Of a stretch of 33,020 bases of DNA, positions 1 through 11,065 are shown in pieces (position 1 is the first letter of the stretch; each line of letters opens with the position of its first letter). Position numbers and translations under genes: made by a program. Below the pieces are notes generated by a model. The model saw nothing but the letters and a program-made list of their open reading frames with translations, ran no database searches and was not told where the DNA came from. This DNA is from Lama guanicoe (lineage: Eukaryota): the NCBI GenBank assembly GCA_013239625.1, contig MU053391.1, forward strand, positions 3,410 to 36,429. The letters are read 5' to 3'.

Positions 1-48
1 TAAAAAAAAAGTAAAAAAAAAAAACCAACAACACCCTTTATGTATGTA

Positions 49-1410
49 GATCTGGGGAATTAATACTATTAAAATGGCCATACTACCCAAAGCTATCTAC
101 AAATTCACTGCAATCCAAATCAACATACAAAAGGCAATCATTACAGAAATAGTGGAAAGAGTTTTAAAGTTTGTGTGTAAATGCGAAAGCCACTCAGGAG
201 CCAAAGCATTTCTTAGAAGAAAAGGAAGCGTGGAGGTATCATGCTTCCTGACTTCAAACTATACTACAAACCCAAACTACTAAAAACAATATGGTACTGT
301 CAAAAAAAACAGTCACATGGACAAATGGAATAGGAGATGCCAGAGTTAAATCCGGCTACATATGGTCAACTAATATTAGACAAGAAAACCCAGAACACAC
401 AATGAGGCAAGATAGTCACTCAACAAAGGTGCAGGGGAAAACTACACAAATGCATGCAATAAAAATACTGAACGCCTGTCCCACACCATTCGCAAACAAT
501 TAACTCAAAATGGATTAAGCACTGGTATCGTGAAACTCCTAGACACATCCTAAAGAACCGCATTGATATTGCTTTTTGCAAGGATTTGTCTTGAAATAAT
601 GACAAAAACACAAACAGCAAAAGCAAAAATCAACACATGGGACCACATCAAACTCAAAAGGTTTTGCACCACAAAAGAACAAGTAAAAATTCAAAAAAGA
701 TAATCTACAGAATTTCAGAAAATTTTGGAAATGTGTATTCAAGCAGAGGTTAATATCCAAAATATATAAAAACTCATACAACATATAAACAAGAACAAGG
801 AACAAACCCACCAATTCAATGAAAAAATAGACGGAATAAATAAACAGATATTGTTGCAAAGAGCTCCAAAAGTCACATGAAAAGATGCTCAATATCTCTA
901 TCGATCAGAGAAATGCAAACCAAAGCCAAAATGGGATATAACCTCACACCTGTTAGAATATCTATCATCAAGAAGACACAACAGGTGGGGCAAGAATGTG
1001 GTGAAAAGAGAACCCTTTCAAATTGTTGTTTGGAATGTAAAGTGGCCTAAACACTTTGGAAAACAATACAACTATAGCAAAAAAATTAAAAACAGATCTA
1101 CCATGCAATCTAACATTTCTGTTTGTGCATATATACACCCAAAGTGTATGAGAACTTCGATGTGCATTTTGGTGAAGTGTATGCATGCCCACGTTACAGC
1201 ATTATGTGCAACAGCCCAAATTAGGGAAACCCAAATGCCCATCAGCAGATGAATGGATAAAAGTATGTGGAATGTGCACAAATGGACAGTATGCATCCAA
1301 GAGAAAGAAGGATATTCTTCAATTTGCTAAAAGATGAATGGAGTTTAAGCACATTATGTAAATGAGATAATTTGGAAATAAAAGGCAACTGGTATATAAG
1401 ATCACTCACG
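49..1410 (+). mobile_element. Old LINE-1 fragment: ORF2 C-terminal region and start of 3' UTR, heavily decayed
   Basis: ORF 74-283 MAILPKAIYKFTAIQINI resembles the L1 ORF2 motif MAILPKAIYRFNAIPIKI. Downstream are further L1 motifs (aactcaaaatggattaa, gaaatgcaaaccaaagcc, cagatgaatggataa), with many stops and frameshifts. Confidence 0.93.
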
Positions 1411-1509
1411 TAGAATAATGGAAACATCATGAAAATAGATATAAATATACTATATATAACATAGATGCATAAAATATATATGCAATATCATATAATATGA
1501 GGGGGGTGA

Positions 1510-3190
1510 AAAGGTAAATTTTATCATTACTTTATGTAAGTGACGTTCAGATGTTACCAGTTTAAAATAAGCCATTGTTATAAGACATTTTATATAAGAT
1601 TATTGGTAATTCCTATATAACTGCCTACATCATTTTTACACCTGAAAAAGATACAGGAATCAAAATCTATCCATGCAAAAACAGTCATTAAACACAAAAT
1701 AAGACAGCAAAAGGGAAGAAGTATAAAGAATACAGGACAGGGAACAGTTAACAAAACAGCAAGTTCAAAACTTTTCCTACAGATACTTACTTTAAATGGA
1801 AGTGAATTCAACTCCCCAATAGAAAGATAAAGCACAGCTAAATGGATAGGAAAAAAAAGAGCCAACTGAACCCTGTCTTCAAGAAACTCACTTTAGATTC
1901 AGGGACAAATAGATCAAAAGTGAGGCAATGGAAATTTGTATACTATGCATATGTAACTGAGAGAAAACAGAAGTGGATATATTTATATCAGAAAATATCA
2001 GCTTTACATGAAAAATGGCCCCTAAAAGAAAAGAGTGTCATAACATAAAGATAAATGGGTAATTCAACAGGAAGGTAAACAGCTGTACATATATATATAC
2101 ACCAAATATCAGAGCAAACACATATTTAAAACAAATGCTGACAAATCAGAAAGGAAAAACTGTCTGCACTATAACAGTAATAGGAGACTTCAATGCCTGA
2201 CTTTGAGTCATTGATAGTTTATCCAGATAGCAAGTTCATAAAGAAACAGTGGACTTGAACTACACTATAGTGCAAACAAGACTGACTAACATATACGGAA
2301 GTCTCTGCCCAACAGCAGAAAAATACACGTGTTTATTATCAAGCACACACAGAATGTTCCCCATGATAAAATATATGCCAGGTCACAAAACAAGACGTAA
2401 CCATTTTAATAAGTTTAAAACCATTCCAAATATCTATTTTGGCCACAACAGAGACAAAGCAGAAATTGATGGCAGCAAGGAAACTGATAAAAATTTACCA
2501 AAACATGGAAACTAAATAACACACACTTGAACAACAAAGGATCAAAGACAAAATCAGAAGGGAAACTTAAAAATGCCCACAGACTAAAGAAGATGAAAAC
2601 ACTACTTACCAAAAGGTATGGGATGCAGCAAAAGCAGGATGTTTATATGGATAATTTCTTATATTATAAAAAGAAGAAATGTCTCAAGTAAATGACCAAG
2701 CTTTACACTTAGGCACTACAAAATGAGAACAAAATATACCTGAAGTTAGAAGGAAGGAAAATGTAATGATTAGAGCAGAAACAAAGAAAATAGAGAAATC
2801 AAAATGTCAAAAAAATCAACAAAATTGAGGTTTTGGGTTTTTTTTGAAAATAAACAACACAGAGAAAACTTTAGACTGTGAAAAAGTGAAAAGTCTCAAA
2901 TAAATAAAATCAGAAATTAAAAAAAAGAGAAATTACAACGGATGCCTCAAACAGTGAACAGTTATTCAACAACAAATTAGAGAACCTACAAGAAATGGAT
3001 AAGTTCTTAGTCTCATACATCCTACCATCCTACCTTTTTTTCTGAATAAAGAAAAATAGAGAGGCTAAACAGTCCAATAAGAAAGAAGAAGATTGAAATC
3101 AGAATAAAAAACTTCCCAACAAGAAAAGCCCAGGTCCAGAACGTTCATGGATGAAGTCTCAAAACATTCAAACAACAATGGTCACCAATC
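1510..3190 (+). mobile_element. Old L1M-type fragment: inter-ORF region, ORF2 endonuclease and linker up to the SPGPDGF motif
   Basis: 1780-1850 decodes to a degenerate TLNVNGLNSPIKR..EWI. Also seen: tcttcaagaaactcacttta (CLQETH-like), gtaataggagacttcaatgc (IVGDFN-like) and aaaagcccaggtccaga at ~3125 (KSPGPD-like). Confidence 0.9.
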
Positions 3191-4660
3191 AAACAGGATG
3201 ATAATGGCACACAGTCAGACACAAAGACCAATGGAATGGAAGAGAAAGCCCAACAATAAGTGCACACATTTGATTAATTAAGCTGTGACAAAGGAGGTAA
3301 GAATATATCATGGAGAAAAGACAGTCTCTTTAATAAATGCTATGCTGGGAAAACTGGACAGCTCCTTGTAAAAAATGAAACTAGAGCATCTCTTAACACC
3401 ATATACAACCATAAACTCAAAATGGATAAGACAAGATACTCTAAGATTCCTAGAGGAAAACATAGGCAGGTAAATCACAGCAGTAACTTTTTTTTTCCCC
3501 AGCAGTGCCTAGAATAATGGAAATAAAAGCAAACATAAGCAAATGGAACCTAAAAGCTTTGCATAGCAAAGGAAACCATAAAGAAAGTGAAAAGACAACT
3601 GACAGAGTGGGAGAAAATATTTGCAAATGATGAGACTGACAAGGGATTACATCCAAAATATATGAGCAGCTCATACAACTTAATATAAAAGGAAACAACC
3701 AACCCAATCAAAAAATGGATAGAAGACCTAAATAGACATTTCACTAAGGAGACAGACAGATGGCCAACAGACACATGAAAAGATTCAAAGTATCGCTAAT
3801 TATTAGGGAAATACATATCAAAACTACAATGAGGTGTCACCTCCCACCAGTCAGACTGGCCATCGTTAAAAAGTATACAAAGAATAAATGCTGGAGAGGG
3901 TGTGGAGGAAAGGGGACCCTCCTACACTGTTGGTGGTAATGTAAATTGGTGTAGTCATTTTGGAGACGAGTACAGACGTTCCTGAAAAAACTACAGAGTT
4001 AATATATGACTGAGCAATCCCACTCCTAGGGATGTATCTGGGTAAAACTATAACCCAAACAGACACATGTACCCCAGTGTTCACAGCATCGCTCTTTACA
4101 ATAGCCAAGATATGGAGGCAACCTAAATGTTCATCAACAGATGAGTGGATAAGGAAGATATATATATACACACAATGGAATATTACTCAAGCATAAAAGA
4201 ATGAGATTATGCTATTTGCAGCAACACAAGTGGATGTAGAGATTATTATATTAAATGAAATAAGTCTGACAGAGAAAGACAAATGTTATTTCATGATATG
4301 ATTAGTGCTATCTAAAACAAAATGATAAAAGTGAACTTGTTTACAAACCAGAACTAAACTCACAGACACAGAAAAAAATAATGGTTACAAAAAGGAAAAA
4401 TGGTGGAGGGAAGAATAAACTAGAATTTTGGGATTAATATATACACACTACTGTGAATAAAATATATAAACAAAAGGGCCTGCTCTATAGCATATGGAAC
4501 TATGTTAAATATCTTGTAATAACCTATAATGGAAAAGATTTGAAAAAGAATATACATATACATATATATGAGAGTGTGTATATATATAATTGAATCCTTT
4601 TGCTCTATGTCAGAAACTAACACATCATTCTAAATCAAATATACATCAATTTTAAAAACT
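3187..4660 (+). mobile_element. 5'-truncated cetartiodactyl-type LINE-1 (ORF2 C-terminus plus full 3' UTR)
   Basis: Starts at the KTAWYWH..DQWN-like region and includes the C-terminal cysteine-rich region (tgctggagagggtgtggaggaaagggga). It ends in the typical 3' UTR (gggattaatatatacacactact...gaaactaacacatcattctaaatcaaatatacatcaat). Confidence 0.92.
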
Positions 4661-4934
4661 CATGAGAATTATTCTACACAAAATAGTTACACGATAATTT
4701 ACCTTAACAAAATTAAGGACCTTTATGAAAGCCCAATTTAACATTTCCAGCAAAGAGAAAAATCTGCATACTTTCCCTCTAAGTTCTAGTAGATGGCACA
4801 ATGTCCACTCTCACCACTGATTCAATCTAGGAAGTCAAATTTATAGAATTTTAGAAGGAAAAAATAATAAAGTGAACCAAATCATAAAGGAGGGAATTGT
4901 CTGTATGCAAAGGGAATAATCCTATATAGAAAAA
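4660..4934 (+). mobile_element. Decayed L1 ORF2 reverse-transcriptase fragment, probably a continuation of the 1510-3190 element
   Basis: tttccctctaagttctagtagatggcacaatgtccactctcaccactgattcaa resembles FPLRSGTRQGCPLSPLLFN. It ends near a degenerate ADDMILYIE-like segment at the gap. Confidence 0.8.
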
Positions 4935-5079
4935 NNNNNNNNNNNNNNNNNNNNNNNNNNNNNNNNNNNNNNNNNNNNNNNNNNNNNNNNNNNNNNNNNN
5001 NNNNNNNNNNNNNNNNNNNNNNNNNNNNNNNNNNNNNNNNNNNNNNNNNNNNNNNNNNNNNNNNNNNNNNNNNNNNNNN
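4935..5079. other. Assembly gap (145 N)
   Basis: Run of N. Confidence 1.
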
Positions 5080-5242
5080 TCTCTTCAATACATTGGCTGC
5101 AGGGGATATACACGTGCAAGAAAGTTGAACCCTACTTGCACCACACACAATAATCAAGCCAAAATGGATTAGAGACTTAAACATCACAACTGAAAGTACG
5201 AAACGACTTGAAGGAAACGTGCAAAAAGCACACTGACCTTGG
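5080..5242 (+). mobile_element. Old L1 ORF2 fragment ([26 protein letters not shown] region)
   Basis: tctcttcaata...tgaaccctacttgcaccacacacaataatcaagccaaaatggattagagacttaaac. Confidence 0.8.
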
Positions 5243-5662
5243 ATGCCTCAGGTGGGCCCTGGAACCCAGGGGGCCGCGTGGTCTCCCCAGCCAGGCTCGG
5301 TCCAGCCCAGGTTGCTGTGCGCTGTGCTCTGGGTCAGCGGGGACCCGGCCTCAGCCTCCCTGCGCAGCTGCCACTGGGAAGCACGCCGGCCCAGGTCAGC
5401 CGGCGCCCAACGCTGCCAAGCCCAGGGCCCAAGGGCCCCCGAACTCCAGGTAACAGAAAATGTAAAAATACATCTTCCGATCACTGTCAGAAGATCACAA
5501 AGACCCAACAGTCCAGTGAGAAGACAATGCGAACAACAAGAAAGGCCAGGAGGCTGAGAGACCTTCTGGGAGGTAACTCACCCGAAGCAGGGCCAGGTGA
5601 GAGGATCCCAGCAGCACTGCAGGACAGGACGCCAGGAGACAGGGCCACCGGGGAGGTGACAG
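5243..5662. other. GC/CpG-rich segment of unknown origin
   Basis: Abrupt switch from AT-rich L1 to GC-rich sequence with about 18 CpGs in 420 bp (hand count). Not assignable to a family I recognise. Confidence 0.6.
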
Positions 5663-6555
5663 NNNNNNNNNNNNNNNNNNNNNNNNNNNNNNNNNNNNNN
5701 NNNNNNNNNNNNNNNNNNNNNNNNNNNNNNNNNNNNNNNNNNNNNNNNNNNNNNNNNNNNNNNNNNNNNNNNNNNNNNNNNNNNNNNNNNNNNNNNNNNN
5801 NNNNNNNNNNNNNNNNNNNNNNNNNNNNNNNNNNNNNNNNNNNNNNNNNNNNNNNNNNNNNNNNNNNNNNNNNNNNNNNNNNNNNNNNNNNNNNNNNNNN
5901 NNNNNNNNNNNNNNNNNNNNNNNNNNNNNNNNNNNNNNNNNNNNNNNNNNNNNNNNNNNNNNNNNNNNNNNNNNNNNNNNNNNNNNNNNNNNNNNNNNNN
6001 NNNNNNNNNNNNNNNNNNNNNNNNNNNNNNNNNNNNNNNNNNNNNNNNNNNNNNNNNNNNNNNNNNNNNNNNNNNNNNNNNNNNNNNNNNNNNNNNNNNN
6101 NNNNNNNNNNNNNNNNNNNNNNNNNNNNNNNNNNNNNNNNNNNNNNNNNNNNNNNNNNNNNNNNNNNNNNNNNNNNNNNNNNNNNNNNNNNNNNNNNNNN
6201 NNNNNNNNNNNNNNNNNNNNNNNNNNNNNNNNNNNNNNNNNNNNNNNNNNNNNNNNNNNNNNNNNNNNNNNNNNNNNNNNNNNNNNNNNNNNNNNNNNNN
6301 NNNNNNNNNNNNNNNNNNNNNNNNNNNNNNNNNNNNNNNNNNNNNNNNNNNNNNNNNNNNNNNNNNNNNNNNNNNNNNNNNNNNNNNNNNNNNNNNNNNN
6401 NNNNNNNNNNNNNNNNNNNNNNNNNNNNNNNNNNNNNNNNNNNNNNNNNNNNNNNNNNNNNNNNNNNNNNNNNNNNNNNNNNNNNNNNNNNNNNNNNNNN
6501 NNNNNNNNNNNNNNNNNNNNNNNNNNNNNNNNNNNNNNNNNNNNNNNNNNNNNNT
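5663..6555. other. Assembly gap (893 N)
   Basis: Run of N. Confidence 1.
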
Positions 6556-7336
6556 TCCTTTGCTATGCAAAAGCGTATGAGATTAATCAGGTCCCATTTG
6601 TAGTTTTTTTGGCTTTTATTTCTATTGCCTGGTGGATTGTCCTGGTAAAACATTGCTAAGATTTATGTTAGAAACTGTTTTACCTATGTTTTCTTCTATG
6701 AAGTTGATCATGTCTTGCCTTCTGTTTAAGTCTTTAAGCCAATTTGATTTTATTTTTGTGTATGGTGTGAGGGAGTGTTCTAACTTAATTTACATGTCAC
6801 TGTCTAGTTTTCACAACACCACTTGGTGAAGAGACGGTCATTTCTCCATTGGATATTCTTATCTCCTTTGTCAAAGATTAATTGATTGTAGGTTTGTGGT
6901 TTTATTTCTGGGCTGTCTATTCAGTTCCATTGATCCGTATGTCTGTTTATGTGTTAATACTACACTGTTTTGATTACTGTACCTCTGTAGTATTGCCTTA
7001 AATCTGGCATGCTTATTCATCCACTTCATTCTTCTTCTTCAGTATTTCTTTAACAATTCTAGGTCTTTTGTGATTCCATATAAATTGGCAGATTATTTGT
7101 TCCAGTTCTGTCAAAAATGTGCTGGGTAATTTAATAGGGATGGCATTCAATTTGTAGATTGATTTGGGTAGTATGGTCATTAGCAATATTTATTCAAATC
7201 CAAGAGCATGGGATATCTTTCCATTTTTTTAAGTCTTCTTTAATGTCCTTAATCAATATTTTGAAGTTTTCTATGTGTAAGTCTTTCATCTTCTTGGTCA
7301 GATTTATTCCTAAGTATTTTATGTTATTGGATGTGA
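6556..7336 (-). mobile_element. LINE-1 ORF2 fragment (camelid-type); its 3' part lies in the gap
   Basis: Antisense L1 ORF2: ttcctttgctatgcaaaag, ttccattgatcc, gagcatgggatatctttccat, gatttattcctaagtatttt. Confidence 0.92.
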
Positions 7337-9225
7337 CTTTATTTTATTTTATTTTTTATAGAGCTGTAATCAGTTTACAATGTTGTGTCAATTTCTGGTG
7401 TAGAGCACAATTTGTCAGTCATGCATTTGTATATATGTGTTCATTTTCATATTCTTTATCACCATGAGCTACTATAAGATCTTGTATTTATTTCCCTGTG
7501 CTATACAGTATAATTTTTTAACATTTTTTATTGATTTATAATCATTTTACAATGTTGTGTCAAATTCCAGTGTTCAGCACAATTTTTCAGTCATTCATGG
7601 ACATATACACACTCATCACATTTTTTTTCTCTGCGAGTTATCATAACATTTTGTGTATATTTCCCTGTGCTATACAGTGTAATCTTGTTTATCTATTCTA
7701 CAATTTTGAAATCCCAGTCTATCCCTCTTGATTTTCTATTATATATATACCTGTCAGTATTGACAAATCTATAACTTCCAGTCTGTCCCTTCCCATCCAC
7801 CTCCCCTGTGACAACCACAAGTTTGTAATCTATGTCTGTGATTCTGTTTCTGTTTTATATTTAAGTTCATTTGTTTGTTTCTTTGATTGTTTGTTTTTTA
7901 GATTCCACATATGAGTGATATCATATGGTATTTTTCTTTCTCTTTCTGGCTTACTTCACTTAGAATGACACTCTCAGGGACATCTATATTGCTGCAAATG
8001 ACATTACGCTGTTTTTTATGACTGAATGATATTCTATTGTATAAACATACCATCACTTCTTTATCCAGTCATCTGTTGATGGACATTTATGCTGTTTCCA
8101 TGTCTTGGCTATTGTAAATTATTGTTGATATGAATATTGGGGTGCAGAAGTCTCTTTGAATTAGGGTTCCTTCTAGACATATGCACAGGAGTGGGATTGT
8201 TGTGTATTTTGGTAGGTTGATTTTTAGTCTTTTCAGGAATCTACATACTGTTTTCCACAATGGCTGGAACAAACTGCATTCCCACCAATAGTGTAGGAGG
8301 GTTCCCTTTTTGCTACACATGCTCAAGCATTTATTACTTGTCGACTTTTGAATGATGGCCATTCTGATTGGTGTGAGGTGATACCTCATTGTAGTTTTGA
8401 TTTGCATTTCTCTGATAATTAGTGATATTGAGCATTTTTTCGTGTGCCTATTGGTCATTCATATGTCTTCACAGGAGAATTGCTTGTTTAGGTCTTCTGC
8501 CCATGTTTGAATTGGGTTGTTTGTTTTTCTCTTATTAAGTTGTATGGGCTGTTTATGTATTCTGAAGATCAAGCCTTTGTCAGTTTCATTTTTTGCAAAT
8601 ATTTTCTCCGATTCTGTTGGTTGTCATTTTGTTTTGTTTCCTTTGCTGTGCAAAAGCTTATAAGTTTAATTAGGTCCCATTAGTTTATTTTTGCTTTTCT
8701 TTCTTTTGCTTGGGTAGACTGCCATAGGAGAACATGGCTGAGATATATGAGAGATATTGTTTTGCCTCTGCTTTCTTCTAAGAGGTTTATTGTGTTTAAG
8801 CCATCTTGAGTTTATTTTTGTGTATGGTGTGAGAGTATTCTAACTTCATTGATCTACATGCAGCTGTCCAGTATTCCCAACACCGTTTGCTGAAGAGATT
8901 GCCTTTATTCCATTGTATGTTCTTGCCTCCTCTGTCAAAGATTAATTGACCAAAAGTTTGTGGCTTCATTTCCGGGCTCTCTATTCTGTTCCATTAACCC
9001 ATATGGCTGTTTTTGTACCAATATCATTGTGTTTTGATGACTACCTCTATAGTATTGTCTGAAAAGTGGGAGGGTTATTCCTCCAGCCTCATTCTTTTAT
9101 TTCAGCAATACTTTGGCAATTGTGGGTCTTTTGTGATTCCATATACATTTTAATATGCTTTGTTCAGTTCTATGAAATACATCCTGGGTAATTTGATAGG
9201 GATTGCCTTAAATTCACAGATTGCC
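7337..9225 (-). mobile_element. 5'-truncated camelid-type LINE-1 (3' UTR plus ORF2 C-terminus)
   Basis: T-rich tail at 7337-7357 followed by antisense 3' UTR. ORF 8087-8458 [23 protein letters not shown] is L1 ORF2. Homology stops at ~9225. Confidence 0.94.
7514..7726 (-). mobile_element. Short L1 3'-UTR fragment of a different subfamily nested in the 7337-9225 L1
   Basis: A second 3' terminus (tttttaacattttttattgatttataatcattttacaatgttgtgtc) interrupts the host between cagtataat and cttgattttc. The host sequence resumes collinearly afterwards. Confidence 0.85.
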
Positions 9226-9639
9226 AAGAACATTAATCATTAACATTATATTCTCAGTTTTGCCAAGGATGGTCCTCAGCTAGCACCAGTACAAACAATG
9301 AATGCCTTATGGCAGTAGGACTCAACTGCCTATTTTAGAGCAGAGATGAGGGACATTCCTAAGAGGTGTTTAAGTGGAGGCCATAAAATCTTGGCTTGAC
9401 TAAAACTGGGAAGACAGGGAGTGCAGAAGTGGGTGGAACAGGGGGATCCATAGGGTTAGATGAAATCTGAGACTCTTAGAGTGTGGTCCAAAAACCACAT
9501 AATAGCTTAGTTACAAGAATAAGAGAATTTTCTACTATATTTTGGAAGCTAATGAAATGAAAATATCTGGTACAGTCTTAAATTGTAGGAGACATTGTTT
9601 AGTTTTTGAGAATGAGGTGCATTAAAAAAACTTTTACAG

Positions 9640-9719
9640 GGGGAGGGTATAGCTCAGTGGTAGGAGGTCCTGGGTTCAATCCACAGTACCCCCATTAAAT
9701 TAATCAATCGATAAACTTA
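9640..9719 (+). mobile_element. Vic-1-type camelid tRNA-derived SINE, truncated copy at the duplication junction
   Basis: ggggagggtatagctcagtggtag (A box) followed by gggttcaatcc (B box), cut off at aaactta. Confidence 0.8.
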
Positions 9720-10277
9720 CGTTTGCTGAAGAGATTGCCTTTATTCCATTGTATGTTCTTGCCTCCTCTGTCAAAGATTAATTGACCAAAAGTTTGTGGC
9801 TTCATTTCCGGGCTCTCTATTCTGTTCCATTAACCCATATGGCTGTTTTTGTACCAATATCATTGTGTTTTGATGACTACCTCTATAGTATTGTCTGAAA
9901 AGTGGGAGGGTTATTCCTCCAGCCTCATTCTTTTATTTCAGCAATACTTTGGCAATTGTGGGTCTTTTGTGATTCCATATACATTTTAATATGCTTTGTT
10001 CAGTTCTATGAAATATGTCCTGGGTAATTTGATAGGGATTGCCTTAAATTCACAGATTGCCAAGAACATTAATCATTAACATTATATTCTCAGTTTTGCC
10101 AAGGATGGTCCTCAGCTAGCACCAGTACAAACAATGAATGCCTTATGGCAGTAGGACTCAACTGCCTATTTTAGAGCAGAGATGAGGGACATTCCTAAGA
10201 GGTGTTTAAGTGGAGGCCATAAAATCTTGGCTTGACTAAAACTGGGAAGACAGGGAGTGCAGAAGTGGGTGGAACAG

Positions 10278-10404
10278 NNNNNNNNNNNNNNNNNNNNNNN
10301 NNNNNNNNNNNNNNNNNNNNNNNNNNNNNNNNNNNNNNNNNNNNNNNNNNNNNNNNNNNNNNNNNNNNNNNNNNNNNNNNNNNNNNNNNNNNNNNNNNNN
10401 NNNN
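10278..10404. other. Assembly gap (127 N)
   Basis: Run of N. Confidence 1.
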
Positions 10405-10446
10405 CATTGTTTAGGAGAATGAGGTGCATTAAAAAAACTTTTACAG

Positions 10447-10547
10447 GGGGAGGGTATAGCTCAGTGGTAGGAGGTCCTGGGTTCAATCCACAGTACCCCC
10501 ATTAAATTAATCAATCGATAAACTTAACTACCTCCACTCCAAAAAAT
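10447..10547 (+). mobile_element. Vic-1-type camelid tRNA-derived SINE with 15-bp target-site duplication
   Basis: Pol III A box tagctcagtgg, B box ggttcaatcc and an A-rich tail. TSD aaaaaacttttacag (10432-10446) vs aaaagactttgacag (10548-10562), 13/15 identical. Confidence 0.85.
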
Positions 10548-10984
10548 AAAAGACTTTGACAGGATTTATAAAAGCATAAATATGCCTATGTCAGGCAATT
10601 TGAGCACATAGGTTACTGTAAGAAAACTACTTCAATAGTGAAGAAAGCCCAGTTGGAGCCAAACATTTGGCATATATTATTTGTACTAAAGTGGAATGCT
10701 GTTTTTACTATATAAATTTAATTTTAGAATTTTGTCCTGATGACAAGGTGAAATATGGGACAAAAAAATTGGCTACGTTCCTAGAGAAATGTATTTTGAA
10801 ATCCATTGTTTTCATTATGTGTCACAGAACACAGGCTCATGAACAATGATGTTTAAAGCTGGACTAGTTTCTTTTTCTTCCAGATTTTGAACACATTTGA
10901 TCTACATAAGTGTTTCTAAAGGATTGCTGCTGTCATTATGTCATTCAGATAACATACAACATATGGTCCACTGAGACACATACA

Positions 10985-11065
10985 TTTTCCTCTTCACTGC
11001 TCTACCTCAGTACCACAAAGAATGTCTGGGCAGATAGCAGGCATTCAAATTTTTTTCAATGAACA
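10985..11065 (+). mobile_element. LINE-2 3' end relic
   Basis: ttcactgctctacctcagtacc...tgtctgggcagatagcaggcattcaaat...ttcaatgaa resembles the L2 terminus (ttcactgctgtatccccagtgcc..tgcctggcacatagtaggcactcaata..ttgaatgaa). Confidence 0.7.

Larger units (their letters stand above)
8884..10526 (+). repeat. Near-identical 836-bp tandem duplication (8884-9719 vs 9720-10526, second copy containing an N gap)
   Basis: cgtttgctgaagag occurs at 8884 and 9720. The only differences I see are ca/tg at 9180-9181 vs 10016-10017 and a short T-run indel next to the gap. Confidence 0.95.

Noticed and set aside
5239..6653. Long ORFs of 330-454 aa (also 12528-13142, 4882-5187 and 10166-10505)
   Set aside because: Their length is an artefact of translating through N gaps.
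9640..9695. tRNA-like sequence with A and B boxes
   Set aside because: It is a SINE head: no anticodon arm, and the complete copy has an A-rich tail and TSD.
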